Assembly (NCBI GenBank): GCA_964583565.1
Contig: CAZOVT010000002.1
Span: 34,301-98,300 of the forward strand
Direction: 5' to 3'
DNA length: 64,000 bases
DNA from: an uncultured Coxiellaceae bacterium
Lineage (GTDB): Bacteria; Pseudomonadota; Gammaproteobacteria; DSM-16500
Positions 29,391 to 40,616 of this stretch are shown here, one piece after another; position 1 is the first letter of the stretch, and the number at the start of each line of letters is the position of its first letter. The position numbers and the translations under genes are program-made. Under the pieces are notes generated by a model that ran no database searches, was not told the DNA's origin, and worked only from the letters and a program-made list of their open reading frames with translations.

Positions 29391-30344
29391 ATGAGCAAAC
29401 AGCACACTATCACCATGCCGGAATCCAGCATGGGCGAACGAATTGATCATGCATTAGCCAAACTTTTGCCTGAATACTCAAGAACACAAATTAAATCCTG
29501 GATTGAAACAGGTGCTGTGTTGGTGAACGGCTCACCGGTGAAAGCTAAAACCCGCGTTACTGGTGGAGAATTGATTACCATTCAGGCGGCGTTGAAAACC
29601 CAGCCAGCATGGGAAGCCCAAGCCATTCCCCTCTCTATTGTCCATGAAGATGCGTCAATAATGCTCATTAATAAGCCTGCCGGATTGGTGGTTCATCCCG
29701 GCGCGGGCAATGCCAGCCGAACCCTGTTAAACGCTATTTTGCATCACGCACCCCAGCTTGGCACCCTGCCGCGCGCCGGCATATTGCACCGGCTAGACAA
29801 AGATACGACTGGCTTGCTCATCATTGCAAAAACACCTGCTGCCCTGCAATCACTCTCGCAGCAACTCAAAAAACGCACGCTGTCGAGAGAATACAAAGCG
29901 ATTGTTTGCGGCAGCATGATCAGCGGCTCCACGATTAATGCCCCGATTGACCGCCATCATCTTCAGCGTAAAAAAATGGCTGTTGTTGAAGGCGGCAAAA
30001 CCGCTACTACTCATTATCGGATTGCTGAAAAATTTCGCCACCACACACTGGTGAATGTAAAACTTGAGACAGGCCGAACCCATCAAATCCGGGTTCATTT
30101 CGCACATATTCGGCATGCCATCATTGGCGACCCTGTTTATGGTACACGCATCCAGCTGACAAAAAACATGACACCGGAATTAATTCAATACATCCGGCAG
30201 TTCAAACGTCAGGCACTGCATGCATTCGCGCTAGGGTTCAAACACCCGGAAACAGATGAAGACATGCGCTTTGAGGCTGAGATACCAGAAGACATGCAAA
30301 CTCTGATAGACTTACTGAGAACAGACACTCAGTTAAACAAATGA
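29391..30344 (+). CDS. rluD: 23S rRNA pseudouridine synthase D
   Basis: S4 domain, HRLDKDTTGLL catalytic motif, and GRTHQIRVH. Collinear with what I recall of E. coli RluD. I moved the start to ATG 29391. Confidence 0.9.
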   Translation: MSKQHTITMPESSMGERIDHALAKLLPEYSRTQIKSWIETGAVLVNGSPVKAKTRVTGGELITIQAALKTQPAWEAQAIPLSIVHEDASIMLINKPAGLVVHPGAGNASRTLLNAILHHAPQLGTLPRAGILHRLDKDTTGLLIIAKTPAALQSLSQQLKKRTLSREYKAIVCGSMISGSTINAPIDRHHLQRKKMAVVEGGKTATTHYRIAEKFRHHTLVNVKLETGRTHQIRVHFAHIRHAIIGDPVYGTRIQLTKNMTPELIQYIRQFKRQALHAFALGFKHPETDEDMRFEAEIPEDMQTLIDLLRTDTQLNK

Positions 30345-30354
30345 AGGCTAGCAA

Positions 30355-31071
30355 ATGATAAAATTCATTCAGCCAGACTGGCCAGCGCCAAAAACAATTA
30401 AAGCGTATACCACCACCAGACAAGGATGGAAAACCACTCTCCCCTTTCAGGCAGATAAGCTAAAGGGTTCCCAGGAAAGCCAACAGCTGCAGGCATTACT
30501 GCATTTACCGGATGAACCCATCTGGTTAAAGCAGACACACAGCAATATTGCTATTGAAGCCACCCTTGAAAATACCGGAGCCACAGCAGACGCTTCCTTT
30601 GCCACCCGCCCAAATCACATTTGTGTTGTTCAAACGGCTGACTGTTTGCCTGTTTTAATCTGTAACCAGCATGGCACACATGTCGCCGCCATACACGCAG
30701 GCTGGCGCGGCCTCGCAAATGGCATTATTGAAAACACGGTCAATGCACTGCAACAGCCAGCACAGACCCTGTTAGTCTGGCTGGGGCCTGCGATTGGACC
30801 AAGCATATTTGAAGTTGGCAGCGATGTTTATCAGGCATTTACAAACCAGAATAAACAGGCCGAATCCGCTTTCCAGCCGATCAACAAGGAAAAATGGCTG
30901 GGAAATCTCTACCAGTTAGCCCGTCTGCGATTGCAATCACTGGGCATTACGTCAATTTACGGCGGTAATCATTGCACTCACACCCAACCTGAACTATTTT
31001 ATTCTTATCGGCGTGATCAGGGACAGACAGGACGGATGGCCAGCCTGATCTGGATTGACCATCGTAACTAA
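30355..31071 (+). CDS. pgeF: Peptidoglycan editing factor PgeF (YfiH/laccase-domain protein)
   Basis: Conserved H...ADA...TADCLPV...HAGWRG motifs and the position directly after rluD. Confidence 0.85.
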   Translation: MIKFIQPDWPAPKTIKAYTTTRQGWKTTLPFQADKLKGSQESQQLQALLHLPDEPIWLKQTHSNIAIEATLENTGATADASFATRPNHICVVQTADCLPVLICNQHGTHVAAIHAGWRGLANGIIENTVNALQQPAQTLLVWLGPAIGPSIFEVGSDVYQAFTNQNKQAESAFQPINKEKWLGNLYQLARLRLQSLGITSIYGGNHCTHTQPELFYSYRRDQGQTGRMASLIWIDHRN

Positions 31072-31084
31072 AACAGGGGGCTAC

Positions 31085-32449
31085 ATGAAACGCATTCTTA
31101 TTACCATCATCACCTGCCTCTTTGCCTGCATAGCAACGGCTGTTATGGCCCAAACACCGAGTGACAGCACTCTCGCACCCATGCTGCAGCGTATCATGCC
31201 TGCCGTTGTTAATATCCGCGCACAAATTAAAATCACCGATGCCAATACACTGCGTGAAATCATGCGGCAGCAACGCGACAATCGCGGGGATAACGTTGGA
31301 CAAATTCCCCCTAGCGGTTACAACTCTGTTGCATCCGGTGTCATCGTCGACGCCAAAAATGGTTATATCCTGACAAATGCGCACGTCGTCTCTGAAGCGG
31401 AAATCATCAATATCGCACTAAGCGATGGCCGTCATCTCCGTGCGAAATTGATTGGGCTGGATAAAGCCACTGACGTAGCCGTTATCCAGATTAAAGCTAA
31501 AAACCTGACCGCCATGCCGATTGGCAACTCCAACAGCTTAAATGTTGGCGATGCTGTCGCGGCGATTGGCAATCCATTTGGCCTTAGCCAGTCTGTTACG
31601 TCTGGCATCGTCAGCGCCCTGGGAAGAACAACCCTTGGCATTGAAAGCTATGAAAACTTTATTCAAACCGATGCGCCGATCAACCCAGGCAACTCTGGCG
31701 GCGCTCTGGTAAATATGCAAGGACAGCTCGTTGGTATTAATACAGCCATATTAGCCCCTGACCGCGGCAGTATCGGTATCGGTTTTGCTATTCCCATCAA
31801 TATGGCAAAAAGCATCATGCAGCAAATTCTTGAATATGGTGATGTCAAACGCGGTGTACTCGGTGTAGGCACGCAAGATATCACGCCTGATCTGGCATCT
31901 GCCTTTCATCTGGATAACACAAAAGGTGCTGCGGTGACGCAAATTATTCCAGGATCACCCGCCCAGCAAGCCGGGTTAGAAGTTGGTGACATTATCAGAT
32001 CTATCAATAACGACCCTATTAAAAATGCCAGTGATGTTGTCAATACGATTGGTTTCTTCCGTGTCGACTCTAAAATCAACATTGATGTTATACGCAACGG
32101 AAAACCGCTTGCCATCAAAGTCGTTTTGTCTGATCCCAAAAAACGCAAACAGCAAATTGCCGATTCTGATCCCTATCTATTCGGGTTGGCGCTTAAAAAC
32201 TTTACGTTATTAAGCCCGATTCACGGCAATGTTGAAGGTATACTTGTTGTTGCTGCCGACCCTGAAAGCAAGGCATGGCAATATGATCTCCGCCCCGGCG
32301 ATGTCATTTCAATCGCAAATAATGTACGTGTTAAAAATATAGATGAACTCAAAGCCGTTGTTGCAAAAGCTGGCGGAACATTATTGCTTAATGTGTTACG
32401 CGGACCCAGTGCTGTGTTTCTTGTTATCAACAAAACAGAGACAGAATAG
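31085..32449 (+). CDS. Periplasmic serine endoprotease of the DegP/DegQ (HtrA) family
   Basis: Signal peptide, a trypsin-like domain with TNAHVV, D, and GNSGGAL, followed by two PDZ-like regions. Confidence 0.9.
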   Translation: MKRILITIITCLFACIATAVMAQTPSDSTLAPMLQRIMPAVVNIRAQIKITDANTLREIMRQQRDNRGDNVGQIPPSGYNSVASGVIVDAKNGYILTNAHVVSEAEIINIALSDGRHLRAKLIGLDKATDVAVIQIKAKNLTAMPIGNSNSLNVGDAVAAIGNPFGLSQSVTSGIVSALGRTTLGIESYENFIQTDAPINPGNSGGALVNMQGQLVGINTAILAPDRGSIGIGFAIPINMAKSIMQQILEYGDVKRGVLGVGTQDITPDLASAFHLDNTKGAAVTQIIPGSPAQQAGLEVGDIIRSINNDPIKNASDVVNTIGFFRVDSKINIDVIRNGKPLAIKVVLSDPKKRKQQIADSDPYLFGLALKNFTLLSPIHGNVEGILVVAADPESKAWQYDLRPGDVISIANNVRVKNIDELKAVVAKAGGTLLLNVLRGPSAVFLVINKTETE

Positions 32450-32540
32450 AGCTAAAGCTGTCATTTTGCGACAATGATTGCAACATCAAGTTTGATGACG
32501 TAATTTTACCTTGAAAAACATCCATGGCATGGTTAAAACA

Positions 32541-32837
32541 CTATTTATTAATTAATTGATCCAGCCCCGAGGCGTCAGCAAGAGAGAGAATATCCTGGGA
32601 AAGATGCATGAATTGTATCTGTTGTTCCTGACGTTTTGCATATTTTATCCATTCAACAATCAACGCCAAACCAGCGCTATCACTTGACGTGACAGCAGAA
32701 AAATCAATGATTACAGTTTTGTATTGAGAAAATTTCTGCACTGCCTGCTGATAAATTGACATCACATTATTGACATCAAGATCGCCGCTGACCATGAGTG
32801 CGTCAGTCTCAAAGGTAATAGCAGCGATCTTTGACAT
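32541..32837 (-). CDS. mlaB: STAS-domain protein MlaB
   Basis: 98-aa STAS-like protein in the last position of the mlaFEDCB operon. Confidence 0.7.
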   Translation of the reverse strand: MSKIAAITFETDALMVSGDLDVNNVMSIYQQAVQKFSQYKTVIIDFSAVTSSDSAGLALIVEWIKYAKRQEQQIQFMHLSQDILSLADASGLDQLINK

Positions 32838-32846
32838 AAAGTTCCC

Positions 32847-33488
32847 TTATCGATTACTGTGCGATGACATGCGTGCAATTAACGTATCAATATTACCCTG
32901 AGATAATATATCGGCAAACTGCGATCTGAAACTTTCGAGCATATCCACGCCCTCAACAGACATATCATAAAGCCGCCATACCGAACCCACACGCAATAAC
33001 CTGTATGACACACGAATCGGATCCCTTGATGAACTTGTAATTTGACTTTTCACTTCAACTGTCTTTAAACCTTGATAACCACCGCGTACAGGATAAAACT
33101 GGACGCTCTGATCTTCGTAGGCACTTAAGGCAGAAGCATAGGTACGAATAAGCGTACGCGTAAATTCTTTTTGAAAGCGCGCACGCTGTGCTGACGTGGC
33201 ATTATTCCACACCGTCGGCGGCAACACTCGTTTTGCCATTTCTGGAATATCGGCATACGGAACAACATATTGATAAGCCAGATTATAAACCGCTGATGGA
33301 TTATTTTTTAAGGTCGCTTTTTTGGCCCTCAACCCATTAATCATATTGTCCGCAATATACTCCAGCAGAGAGACAGGATTACTCTGGTTTACATCTGCCC
33401 GAGCATTAACTGTCATGATTGCTGTTATGCTTGCCAGCATTAAACACAGAGAAAAAACAAACTTATTCAGTCGCAGCTGCATTTTCAT
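32847..33488 (-). CDS. mlaC: Phospholipid-binding periplasmic protein MlaC (Ttg2D family)
   Basis: Signal peptide MKMQLRLNKFVFSLCLMLASITAIMTVNARA and the operon position. I moved the start to Met 33488. Confidence 0.8.
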   Translation of the reverse strand: MKMQLRLNKFVFSLCLMLASITAIMTVNARADVNQSNPVSLLEYIADNMINGLRAKKATLKNNPSAVYNLAYQYVVPYADIPEMAKRVLPPTVWNNATSAQRARFQKEFTRTLIRTYASALSAYEDQSVQFYPVRGGYQGLKTVEVKSQITSSSRDPIRVSYRLLRVGSVWRLYDMSVEGVDMLESFRSQFADILSQGNIDTLIARMSSHSNR

Positions 33489-33984
33489 CTCCCTTATCTT
33501 TTTTATCGCCATTGCCATCGCTACTACCATTGCCCACTTTATAAAGAAATTGACCAATCAGTTTCTCCAGCACCATGGCGGAGTGAGTGATATCAATTTT
33601 ACCGCCATTGCGTAAATACGTAGTACTATACATTGGCGTCAAGGCAATATAGTTATCCCCCAGCAAGCCGGCTGTAAAAATACCTGCTGATGAATCATCC
33701 GGGATATCATTCACCCTATCATTAATCGCGAGCGTCACAACCGCTTTAAACGTCACAGGATCAAGATCAATTTTGGTGACCTCGCCAATCTGGACACCGC
33801 CAATTTTGACCGGTGAACGCACTTTCAAGCCGCCAATATCGTCAAAAGCCGCTGTCACGGTATATGTTTTTTCGGGAAACAGGCTTGTCAATCCACTGAC
33901 TTTAAACGCGAGCACCATCAGTGATATAACAGCCAGTAATAAAAAGAAGCCGACCAGTCCTTCAATCCAGCGTACAGGTAACAT
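33463..33984 (-). CDS. mlaD: MCE-domain protein MlaD
   Basis: An N-terminal transmembrane helix followed by an MCE domain (GLKVRSPVKIGGVQIGEV). The start forms a TAATG overlap with the mlaE stop. Confidence 0.85.
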   Translation of the reverse strand: MLPVRWIEGLVGFFLLLAVISLMVLAFKVSGLTSLFPEKTYTVTAAFDDIGGLKVRSPVKIGGVQIGEVTKIDLDPVTFKAVVTLAINDRVNDIPDDSSAGIFTAGLLGDNYIALTPMYSTTYLRNGGKIDITHSAMVLEKLIGQFLYKVGNGSSDGNGDKKDKGDENAAATE

Positions 33985-34766
33985 TACCACCCCCCTATCA
34001 TCATGGCGGTTAATACAAAATCCAGACCCAGCACGACTAACGATGAATAAACAACTGAACGCGTTGTGGCACCCGCGATGCCAGCTGATGTTGGTACAGA
34101 AAAATAACCCTGAAAGACAGCAATCCATGTTACAGCAACACCAAACACCAGGCTTTTCAAAATGCCATTGACAACATCAGCATGGAATTCCACTGACGAT
34201 TGCATGTTGGACCAAAATACACCCGCCTCCAAACCCAGCCATTTAACACCCACCAGATAGGCACCATAAATCGCGGTCGCATTAAATATGATAGTTAAAA
34301 GCGGCAATGATATAAAACCACCCCAAAATCGCGGGGAAATAACCCGGCGCAAAGGATTAACAGCCATCATTTCCATACTGGATAGCTGGTCAGTCGCCTT
34401 CATTAAACCAATTTCTGCCGTGACCGCCGATCCGGCGCGTCCAGCAAACAAAATAGCCGCAACGACTGGACCCAGCTCACGGCAGACACTTAATGCCACA
34501 AGCGGCCCCAATTCCTGCGAAGCACCAAACTTGGCAAGTGTATGATACCCCTGCAAGGCAAGTACCATACCAATAAACAAACTGGAGACAATAATAATTA
34601 ACAGGGACAAAACACCTTCAGAATAAATCTGTTGCAGCACTAACGGAAAGCCTTTTCTCAAATTGGGCGGGTAAAACAACACCTCAAACATCAAGATACC
34701 CGCCTTGCCAAATTCACGCAGGTTATTGATGCCCCATTGTCCAAATATAACGAGTTGATTCGTCAT
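33984..34766 (-). CDS. mlaE: Phospholipid ABC transporter permease MlaE
   Basis: 260-aa polytopic membrane protein of the MlaE/Ttg2B family, in the expected operon position. Confidence 0.9.
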   Translation of the reverse strand: MTNQLVIFGQWGINNLREFGKAGILMFEVLFYPPNLRKGFPLVLQQIYSEGVLSLLIIIVSSLFIGMVLALQGYHTLAKFGASQELGPLVALSVCRELGPVVAAILFAGRAGSAVTAEIGLMKATDQLSSMEMMAVNPLRRVISPRFWGGFISLPLLTIIFNATAIYGAYLVGVKWLGLEAGVFWSNMQSSVEFHADVVNGILKSLVFGVAVTWIAVFQGYFSVPTSAGIAGATTRSVVYSSLVVLGLDFVLTAMMIGGW

Positions 34767-35578
34767 CGCTTATCATCCTGCAAAAAATCATCCATTAACG
34801 ATTTAGCCGGATAATCAAACGGCACCGGGCCATCAGGTAATCCCTTAATAAACTGCTGCAACTGCTCAGATTTATCTGCTTTTAATTGATCAGGTGTGCC
34901 ATGACCAATGATATGCTTATCCGAAATGACATAAGCATAATCCGCGATCGACAATGTTTCCTGAACATCATGGGATACAATCACGCTGGTTAACCCCAGC
35001 GCATCATTTAGCATACGTATCAACTTAACCAGTACGCCCATCGAAATAGGATCCTGGCCCGTAAAAGGTTCATCATACATAATAAATTCCGGGTCCAGTG
35101 AAATCGCTCTTGCAAGCGCTACACGCCGCCCCATACCACCCGATAACTCACTCGGCATCAGCCCCCGCGCTCCGCGCAAGCCCACCATTTCAAGCTTCAT
35201 TAATACCAGTGTTCTAATCATCGAATGAGATAGCCTTGTATGCTCACGCAGCGGAAATGCCACATTTTCAAATACATTGATGTCTGTGAATAAACCGCCT
35301 GTTTGAAACAGCATGCCCATACGCTTTCTAAGCTGGTAAAGGTCTTTGATTGAGAGATGATGAATGTCCTGCCCTGCAACAGTCACACTGCCTTGCGTGG
35401 GCGTCAGCTGCCCGCCTATCAGGCGCAGCAGGGTTGTTTTGCCAGTGCCGCTGGGGCCCATGATAGCAACAACCTTCCCCTTGGGAATCACGATATCGAC
35501 ATCCTGAAAGATAGCACGACCCATGCCACCTTCATGGCTAAACGACATCCCCTTGATTTCGACAATATTCCCTGTCAT
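34763..35578 (-). CDS. mlaF: Phospholipid ABC transporter ATPase MlaF
   Basis: Walker [13 protein letters not shown] signature LSGGMGRRV, and Walker B FIMYDEP. Confidence 0.9.
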   Translation of the reverse strand: MTGNIVEIKGMSFSHEGGMGRAIFQDVDIVIPKGKVVAIMGPSGTGKTTLLRLIGGQLTPTQGSVTVAGQDIHHLSIKDLYQLRKRMGMLFQTGGLFTDINVFENVAFPLREHTRLSHSMIRTLVLMKLEMVGLRGARGLMPSELSGGMGRRVALARAISLDPEFIMYDEPFTGQDPISMGVLVKLIRMLNDALGLTSVIVSHDVQETLSIADYAYVISDKHIIGHGTPDQLKADKSEQLQQFIKGLPDGPVPFDYPAKSLMDDFLQDDKR

Positions 35579-35660
35579 CTATCAATTTTCCCAAAAGGCG
35601 TGAAAAAATGCTAGTACACAGTTATGATATCACACAAATTGCCATCCTAAGGTCAGCACC

Positions 35661-36632
35661 ATGAATCATGAACAAGTTTGCAAACTTGGCCGTACCGTTA
35701 TTGAAATAGAAGCCGACATGATCAAAAAAATGGTCGATCGGATTGATGAAAAATTTGCCAATGCTTGCAACTACTTACACGATTGCCAAGGCCGTATTGC
35801 CGTCATGGGTGTCGGAAAATCCGGGCATATCGGTAAAAAAATTGCCGCCACACTGGCCAGCACCGGTACCCCGGCCTTTTTTATCCACCCCAGCGAAGCC
35901 AGGCACGGTGATATCGGGATGCTGACAGGCAAAGATGTCCTGCTCGCCCTGTCCAATTCAGGTGAAACTGAAGAAATTATCTCCCTGCTGCCTATCGTCA
36001 AGCGCTTTGGCATCCCCCTGATTACCCTGACTGGAAAGCCGCAGTCAACCCTGGCAAAAGCAGCAACGATCAACCTCGATGTCAGCGTCGAAAAAGAAGC
36101 ATGCCCGCTCGGCCTTGCTCCAACTTCCAGCACAACTGCCGCCCTTGTCATGGGAGATGCGCTCGCCATGGCACTGCTCACCAAACGCGGGTTTAATGAA
36201 AATGATTTTGCACTTTCCCATCCCGGCGGCATGCTTGGCAGACGCTTGTTGCTGCTGGTAGATGAAATCATGCATAAAGACAGCAATGTACCCATTGTGC
36301 CTGCAGCCGCAAACCTGAAAACGGCACTGCTTGAAATGACACAAAAAAAATTGGGCATCACCACTGTTGTCGACGATCACGGTAAACTTATCGGTATTTT
36401 CACGGATGGCGACTTACGGCGTGCATTTGACAAAAATGTCGATTTGCACCACACCACCGTTCACGATGTCATGACAACAAACCCAAAAACCATACACCGG
36501 CATATACTGGCTGCGGAAGCGCTTGGCATGATGGAGGCCAACAAAATCACCTCACTTGTTGTTGTTGATGAAGATCAAAAACCCGTTGGTATTATCCACA
36601 TCCACGATCTCTTACGTGCAGGAGTTGCCTGA
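35661..36632 (+). CDS. kdsD: Arabinose-5-phosphate isomerase
   Basis: SIS domain (GVGKSGHIGKK) plus a tandem CBS pair. Divergent from the mla operon, as in E. coli. Confidence 0.93.
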   Translation: MNHEQVCKLGRTVIEIEADMIKKMVDRIDEKFANACNYLHDCQGRIAVMGVGKSGHIGKKIAATLASTGTPAFFIHPSEARHGDIGMLTGKDVLLALSNSGETEEIISLLPIVKRFGIPLITLTGKPQSTLAKAATINLDVSVEKEACPLGLAPTSSTTAALVMGDALAMALLTKRGFNENDFALSHPGGMLGRRLLLLVDEIMHKDSNVPIVPAAANLKTALLEMTQKKLGITTVVDDHGKLIGIFTDGDLRRAFDKNVDLHHTTVHDVMTTNPKTIHRHILAAEALGMMEANKITSLVVVDEDQKPVGIIHIHDLLRAGVA

Positions 36633-37156
36633 TGTCTGCTTCAATAAACAAAGCCCAGCACATACGCTTGCTTATCCTCGATGTCGATGGTGTGCTCACC
36701 AACGGCATCATCTACTATGGAACCGATGGCATCGAACTAAAAGGCTTTCATATCCATGACGGCATGGGAATCAAGTTACTGCAAAAAGCTGGTATAGATG
36801 TCGCCATCATTTCTGGTAAAAACTCTGAGCCGGTTGCCAGGCGCTTGCAGGATCTGAAAATTGAACATGTCTATCTTGGTCATATCGATAAACTACCCAC
36901 CTACGAGTTATTAAAGCAGAAACTTGGGCTGACTGATGATGCTATTGCTTATGTGGGCGATGATTTACCCGATTTACCCCTGCTCCGCCGCACAGGCCTG
37001 TCCATCACCGTGCCTGGCGCACCAGACATAATCATGCAGCATGTTGATTTTATTACCAATAATCATGGCGGTCGAGGCGCCGTTCGGGAAGTATGCGAAT
37101 TCATCTTAAAAGCTCAAAATAAATACGAATCCATGATAGAATCATACCTTGTTTAA
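36632..37156 (+). CDS. kdsC: KDO-8-phosphate phosphatase
   Basis: HAD motif ILDVDGVLTNG, 174 aa, and position after kdsD. Confidence 0.9.
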   Translation: MSASINKAQHIRLLILDVDGVLTNGIIYYGTDGIELKGFHIHDGMGIKLLQKAGIDVAIISGKNSEPVARRLQDLKIEHVYLGHIDKLPTYELLKQKLGLTDDAIAYVGDDLPDLPLLRRTGLSITVPGAPDIIMQHVDFITNNHGGRGAVREVCEFILKAQNKYESMIESYLV

Positions 37157-37183
37157 CGTTAGCAATTGTATGATGATTGCACT

Positions 37184-37753
37184 ATGACATATAAAAACTC
37201 TATCACAAGCACCATCTTAATAGCCGCCATGGCACTGGCTACATGGGTAACCATGCTTGCCTTCTGGCCGCAAAGTATCACTGTGGCACCCGCCAATAAC
37301 CAGCCTGATGCGTATATGGAAGATGTGACTGCCGTTTTTATGGATAAGTTTGGCAAACCCAGAATGAAAATCGTGACACCCAAATTGATTCACTATGCTG
37401 CCAATGACACAACCAATCTCACGCAGCCGCAAATAACGTTATACCGGAAATCACCCGCACCCTGGTTTATTACCTCCCGCTATGCAACAGCAACTCACGG
37501 TATCGATAATGTGGACTTCAAGGATGATGTGACTATTCATCACCCCGCGGATGAAAACATGCCAGCAACCTTGATAAAAGCACCCACTCTCATCGTTCAC
37601 CCAACTGTTGAAACAGCGGAAACTAACGAACAAATCGAACTTATTCAGCCCAATATCACCATCAAAGCAACAGGTATGCGTGCAGATATGGATTCTGGCG
37701 TTATTAAATTGTTGTCACAGGCAAAAGGTGAATATGTACCAGACTCCCACTAG
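37184..37753 (+). CDS. lptC: LPS export protein LptC
   Basis: N-terminal transmembrane anchor followed by a beta-jellyroll-sized domain. Position is kdsC-lptC-lptA. ATG 37184 is preferred over the TTG at 37166. Confidence 0.75.
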   Translation: MTYKNSITSTILIAAMALATWVTMLAFWPQSITVAPANNQPDAYMEDVTAVFMDKFGKPRMKIVTPKLIHYAANDTTNLTQPQITLYRKSPAPWFITSRYATATHGIDNVDFKDDVTIHHPADENMPATLIKAPTLIVHPTVETAETNEQIELIQPNITIKATGMRADMDSGVIKLLSQAKGEYVPDSH

Positions 37754-38249
37754 GCTGCCCATTCTAATATTAATAGCCATTTCATGCTTGCTGCTGATAA
37801 CACAGTCTGGCTTGTCTCTGCCCAGCGACAGCAAACAGCGAATTTACATACAGGCAAACAGCAGCATCTATAATTACAAAACCGGTTTTAATGTTTTTGA
37901 AGGCAATGTGAAGATAGATCAGGGTACAACCCATATTACAGCCGATAAACTTGTCACAAAAAGCGGTTTAAAACACAAAATAATAGAAGCTATTGCATAT
38001 GGCAATCAGGATCTCGCACACTACTGGACTCTCTCAAAGCAATCAGAGCCAGAAATACATGCATACGCGAAAGTAATTAAATTTTACCCTATTCAATCTA
38101 ATGTGACGCTTGAAAAACAAGTCAACGTGACGCAGGGTGAAAATAGTTTTCATGGTGAGTTAATTCACTATAATAGTAATGATCAAACCATTATTGTGCC
38201 AGCCGCCAATAAAGGCCGCGCTGTTATCGTCTACAACCCGGACAAATAA
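37734..38249 (+). CDS. lptA: LPS export periplasmic protein LptA
   Basis: Signal peptide, an OstA-like domain ([18 protein letters not shown]), and operon position. I moved the start to ATG 37734. Confidence 0.8.
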   Translation: MYQTPTRLPILILIAISCLLLITQSGLSLPSDSKQRIYIQANSSIYNYKTGFNVFEGNVKIDQGTTHITADKLVTKSGLKHKIIEAIAYGNQDLAHYWTLSKQSEPEIHAYAKVIKFYPIQSNVTLEKQVNVTQGENSFHGELIHYNSNDQTIIVPAANKGRAVIVYNPDK

Positions 38250-38251
38250 CG

Positions 38252-38980
38252 ATGTCAAACACATTACAAGTAAGCCACCTTGCCAAACGATATAAAACTC
38301 GCCAGGTTGTAGCAGATGTGTCACTACATGTGGGCAAAGGTGAGGTGGTCGGCCTGCTTGGTCCAAATGGCGCGGGAAAAACCACGTCTTTTTATATGAT
38401 CGTCGGTCTCATCCCTGCTGACAGCGGCACCATACATTTTGGCGATACCGACATCACTCGCCTGCCTGTCCATTTGCGTGCGCAAATGGGCATTAGCTAT
38501 TTGCCGCAGGAAGCATCTATTTTTCGCAAGCTGACTGTCGCGCAAAATATCATGGCCATTCTGGAATTACGTCCTGACTTGAATAAAGCAGAACGAAGAT
38601 TAATGCTGGAGAAATTACTCGAGGAGTTTCGTATTACCCATATACGCGACACCTTGGGTATCAGTTTATCTGGCGGTGAACGACGCCGGACAGAAATCGC
38701 CAGAGCGCTGGCAACCGAACCAAAATTTATTTTACTTGATGAACCGTTCGCTGGCATTGATCCAATTTCCATTCTTGACGTCAAACGTATCATCAACTAT
38801 CTGCGTAAACGCGGTATTGGCATCCTGATCACCGATCACAATGTCAGAGATACACTAAACATCTGCGAACGTGCCTATATTGTTAATCAAGGTAAAATCA
38901 TCTGCGAAGGCAACCCCGAAACGATTCTAATGAATGACGAAGTTCGCGCTGTCTATCTAGGTGAAGAATTCGATTTATAA
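38252..38980 (+). CDS. lptB: LPS export ABC transporter ATPase LptB
   Basis: Walker [10 protein letters not shown], signature LSGGERRR, and Walker B ILLDEP. Confidence 0.95.
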   Translation: MSNTLQVSHLAKRYKTRQVVADVSLHVGKGEVVGLLGPNGAGKTTSFYMIVGLIPADSGTIHFGDTDITRLPVHLRAQMGISYLPQEASIFRKLTVAQNIMAILELRPDLNKAERRLMLEKLLEEFRITHIRDTLGISLSGGERRRTEIARALATEPKFILLDEPFAGIDPISILDVKRIINYLRKRGIGILITDHNVRDTLNICERAYIVNQGKIICEGNPETILMNDEVRAVYLGEEFDL

Positions 38981-38999
38981 ACAGGAAATTATCTAAACA

Positions 39000-39266
39000 A
39001 TGATCAGACAACAAATTATCATCCAAAATAAATTAGGTTTACATACGCGTGCCGCTGCCAGACTGGTGGATACCGCCAAACGTTTTGGCAGTCACATCGA
39101 ACTTGCTTTCCGTAACCGCACCGTGGATTGCAAAAGCATCATGGGCGTCATTACGCTCGGGGCACAAAAAGATAATGTACTCGATGTGTTAATCGACGGC
39201 GAAGATGAAACAGATGCGTTGATTGCCATCGAGAAAGTTGTCAATGATAAGTTTGGGGAAGATTGA
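39000..39266 (+). CDS. ptsO: HPr-family phosphocarrier protein, NPr/PtsO-like
   Basis: 88 aa with the active-site His context NKLGLHTRAA and a Ser46-like site, KSIMGV. Confidence 0.85.
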   Translation: MIRQQIIIQNKLGLHTRAAARLVDTAKRFGSHIELAFRNRTVDCKSIMGVITLGAQKDNVLDVLIDGEDETDALIAIEKVVNDKFGED

Positions 39267-39272
39267 ACGCAC

Positions 39273-40616
39273 TTACTGCCCTGCGACTGTCATCTCTTCG
39301 ATTAACACTGATCCCGTGCGTATGTTGCCGCGGGTATCAACATCGCAGCCTATTTCACGAATTCGCGAATACATTTCCTGCAGAGTACCAGCCACAGTAA
39401 TTTCATGTACAGGATACTGAATTTCTCCGTGCTCAACCCAAAAACCGCCTACACCGCGAGAATAATCACCCGTCACTATATTGACACCGTTACCCAGCAT
39501 CTCAGTAATAACCAACCCTTTCCCCATGCTCTTTATCAGTTCTTGCAAATTTTTATTACCGTGTCTGATAGTCAGATTATGGGTACCACCTGCATTAGCC
39601 GTAGATGACAATCCTAATTTACGGCCTGCATAGGTACTCAACGCATATTGACGTAAAATACCGTCTTCAACAAATACATTGCTTCGCGTTAATATCCCGT
39701 CACCATCAAATGGCGCACTGCCGAGCGCTCGCGGCAAATGAGGAAATTCCTGAATATGCATAAAATCAGGAAAAATACGTTTATCAAGATGATCAAGTAA
39801 ATAAGAAGAATTTCGATACAAATTCGGGCCAGAAATGGCTGAAACAAAATGACCGAATAATCCTCGCGCCTCTTCTGCGGCATAAATCACAGGTACCTTC
39901 ATCGTTGGCAGCTGTTTCGCACCCAGACGCCGCACCGTTCTTTCAACTGCTTCTTTAGCAATAGCAGAAATTGATTTTAACTGCGCAGGATCCGCCACTG
40001 AGGAATAACTAAAGTCACGCTGCATTTCCTGCCCCTGCTTCCCAACGAGAATACAGGTGATATCATGCCGCGAGGTCGGATACGAACCAACAAAACCATG
40101 ACTATTTGCATAAACGGTTAATGATTCATGTGTGGAAACCGATGTATCTTCCGAACTCATGATGCGCTTGTCCATGCTTAACGCTTCACGTTCACATTCA
40201 CAAGCAAGCTCAATGGCTTTTTCAACAGACATATCCCAAGGAAAGGCCAGCTCTAACGTTGGGTAATCAAAAGCAATCGCATCCTTTTCGGCAAGACCAG
40301 ATGCCGGATCTTTATCCGTATATTTTGCAATATGACACGCCGCTTCAACAGCCGAACGAATTGCCGCAGGACGCATATCGGAAATGCTGGCCGTACCATT
40401 ACGTTTACCAATGAATACATCAATTTCAATTACTTTATCCTGATTATATTCAACCGTTTCCAGCTGCCCTTCCCGCACAATAACAGAGAAACCCTTATTC
40501 GCGGCTATATTGATTTCAGTCTGCTCTGCGCCGCAACGCTTTGCTTCATCCAGAATCTGATGCGCAAGAGATTCAAATTGTGAACTTTGATACACGGGTA
40601 CTTCCAGTTTTTTCAT
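39273..40616 (-). CDS. pmbA: Metalloprotease PmbA (TldE)
   Basis: 447-aa TldD/PmbA-family protein lying immediately downstream of tldD with an ATGA overlap. Confidence 0.9.
   Translation of the reverse strand: MKKLEVPVYQSSQFESLAHQILDEAKRCGAEQTEINIAANKGFSVIVREGQLETVEYNQDKVIEIDVFIGKRNGTASISDMRPAAIRSAVEAACHIAKYTDKDPASGLAEKDAIAFDYPTLELAFPWDMSVEKAIELACECEREALSMDKRIMSSEDTSVSTHESLTVYANSHGFVGSYPTSRHDITCILVGKQGQEMQRDFSYSSVADPAQLKSISAIAKEAVERTVRRLGAKQLPTMKVPVIYAAEEARGLFGHFVSAISGPNLYRNSSYLLDHLDKRIFPDFMHIQEFPHLPRALGSAPFDGDGILTRSNVFVEDGILRQYALSTYAGRKLGLSSTANAGGTHNLTIRHGNKNLQELIKSMGKGLVITEMLGNGVNIVTGDYSRGVGGFWVEHGEIQYPVHEITVAGTLQEMYSRIREIGCDVDTRGNIRTGSVLIEEMTVAGQ

Noticed and set aside
32450-32540. Possible terminators or an sRNA between degQ and mlaB
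   Set aside because: Only 5-6 bp stems are present (TCATT/AATGA and CATCAA/TTGATG), with poor loops and no convincing T-tracts.
35771-36364. 197-aa and 111-aa antisense ORFs inside kdsD
   Set aside because: kdsD on the + strand has unambiguous SIS and CBS motifs. The antisense translations are Ser/Ala/Pro-rich with no recognisable features.
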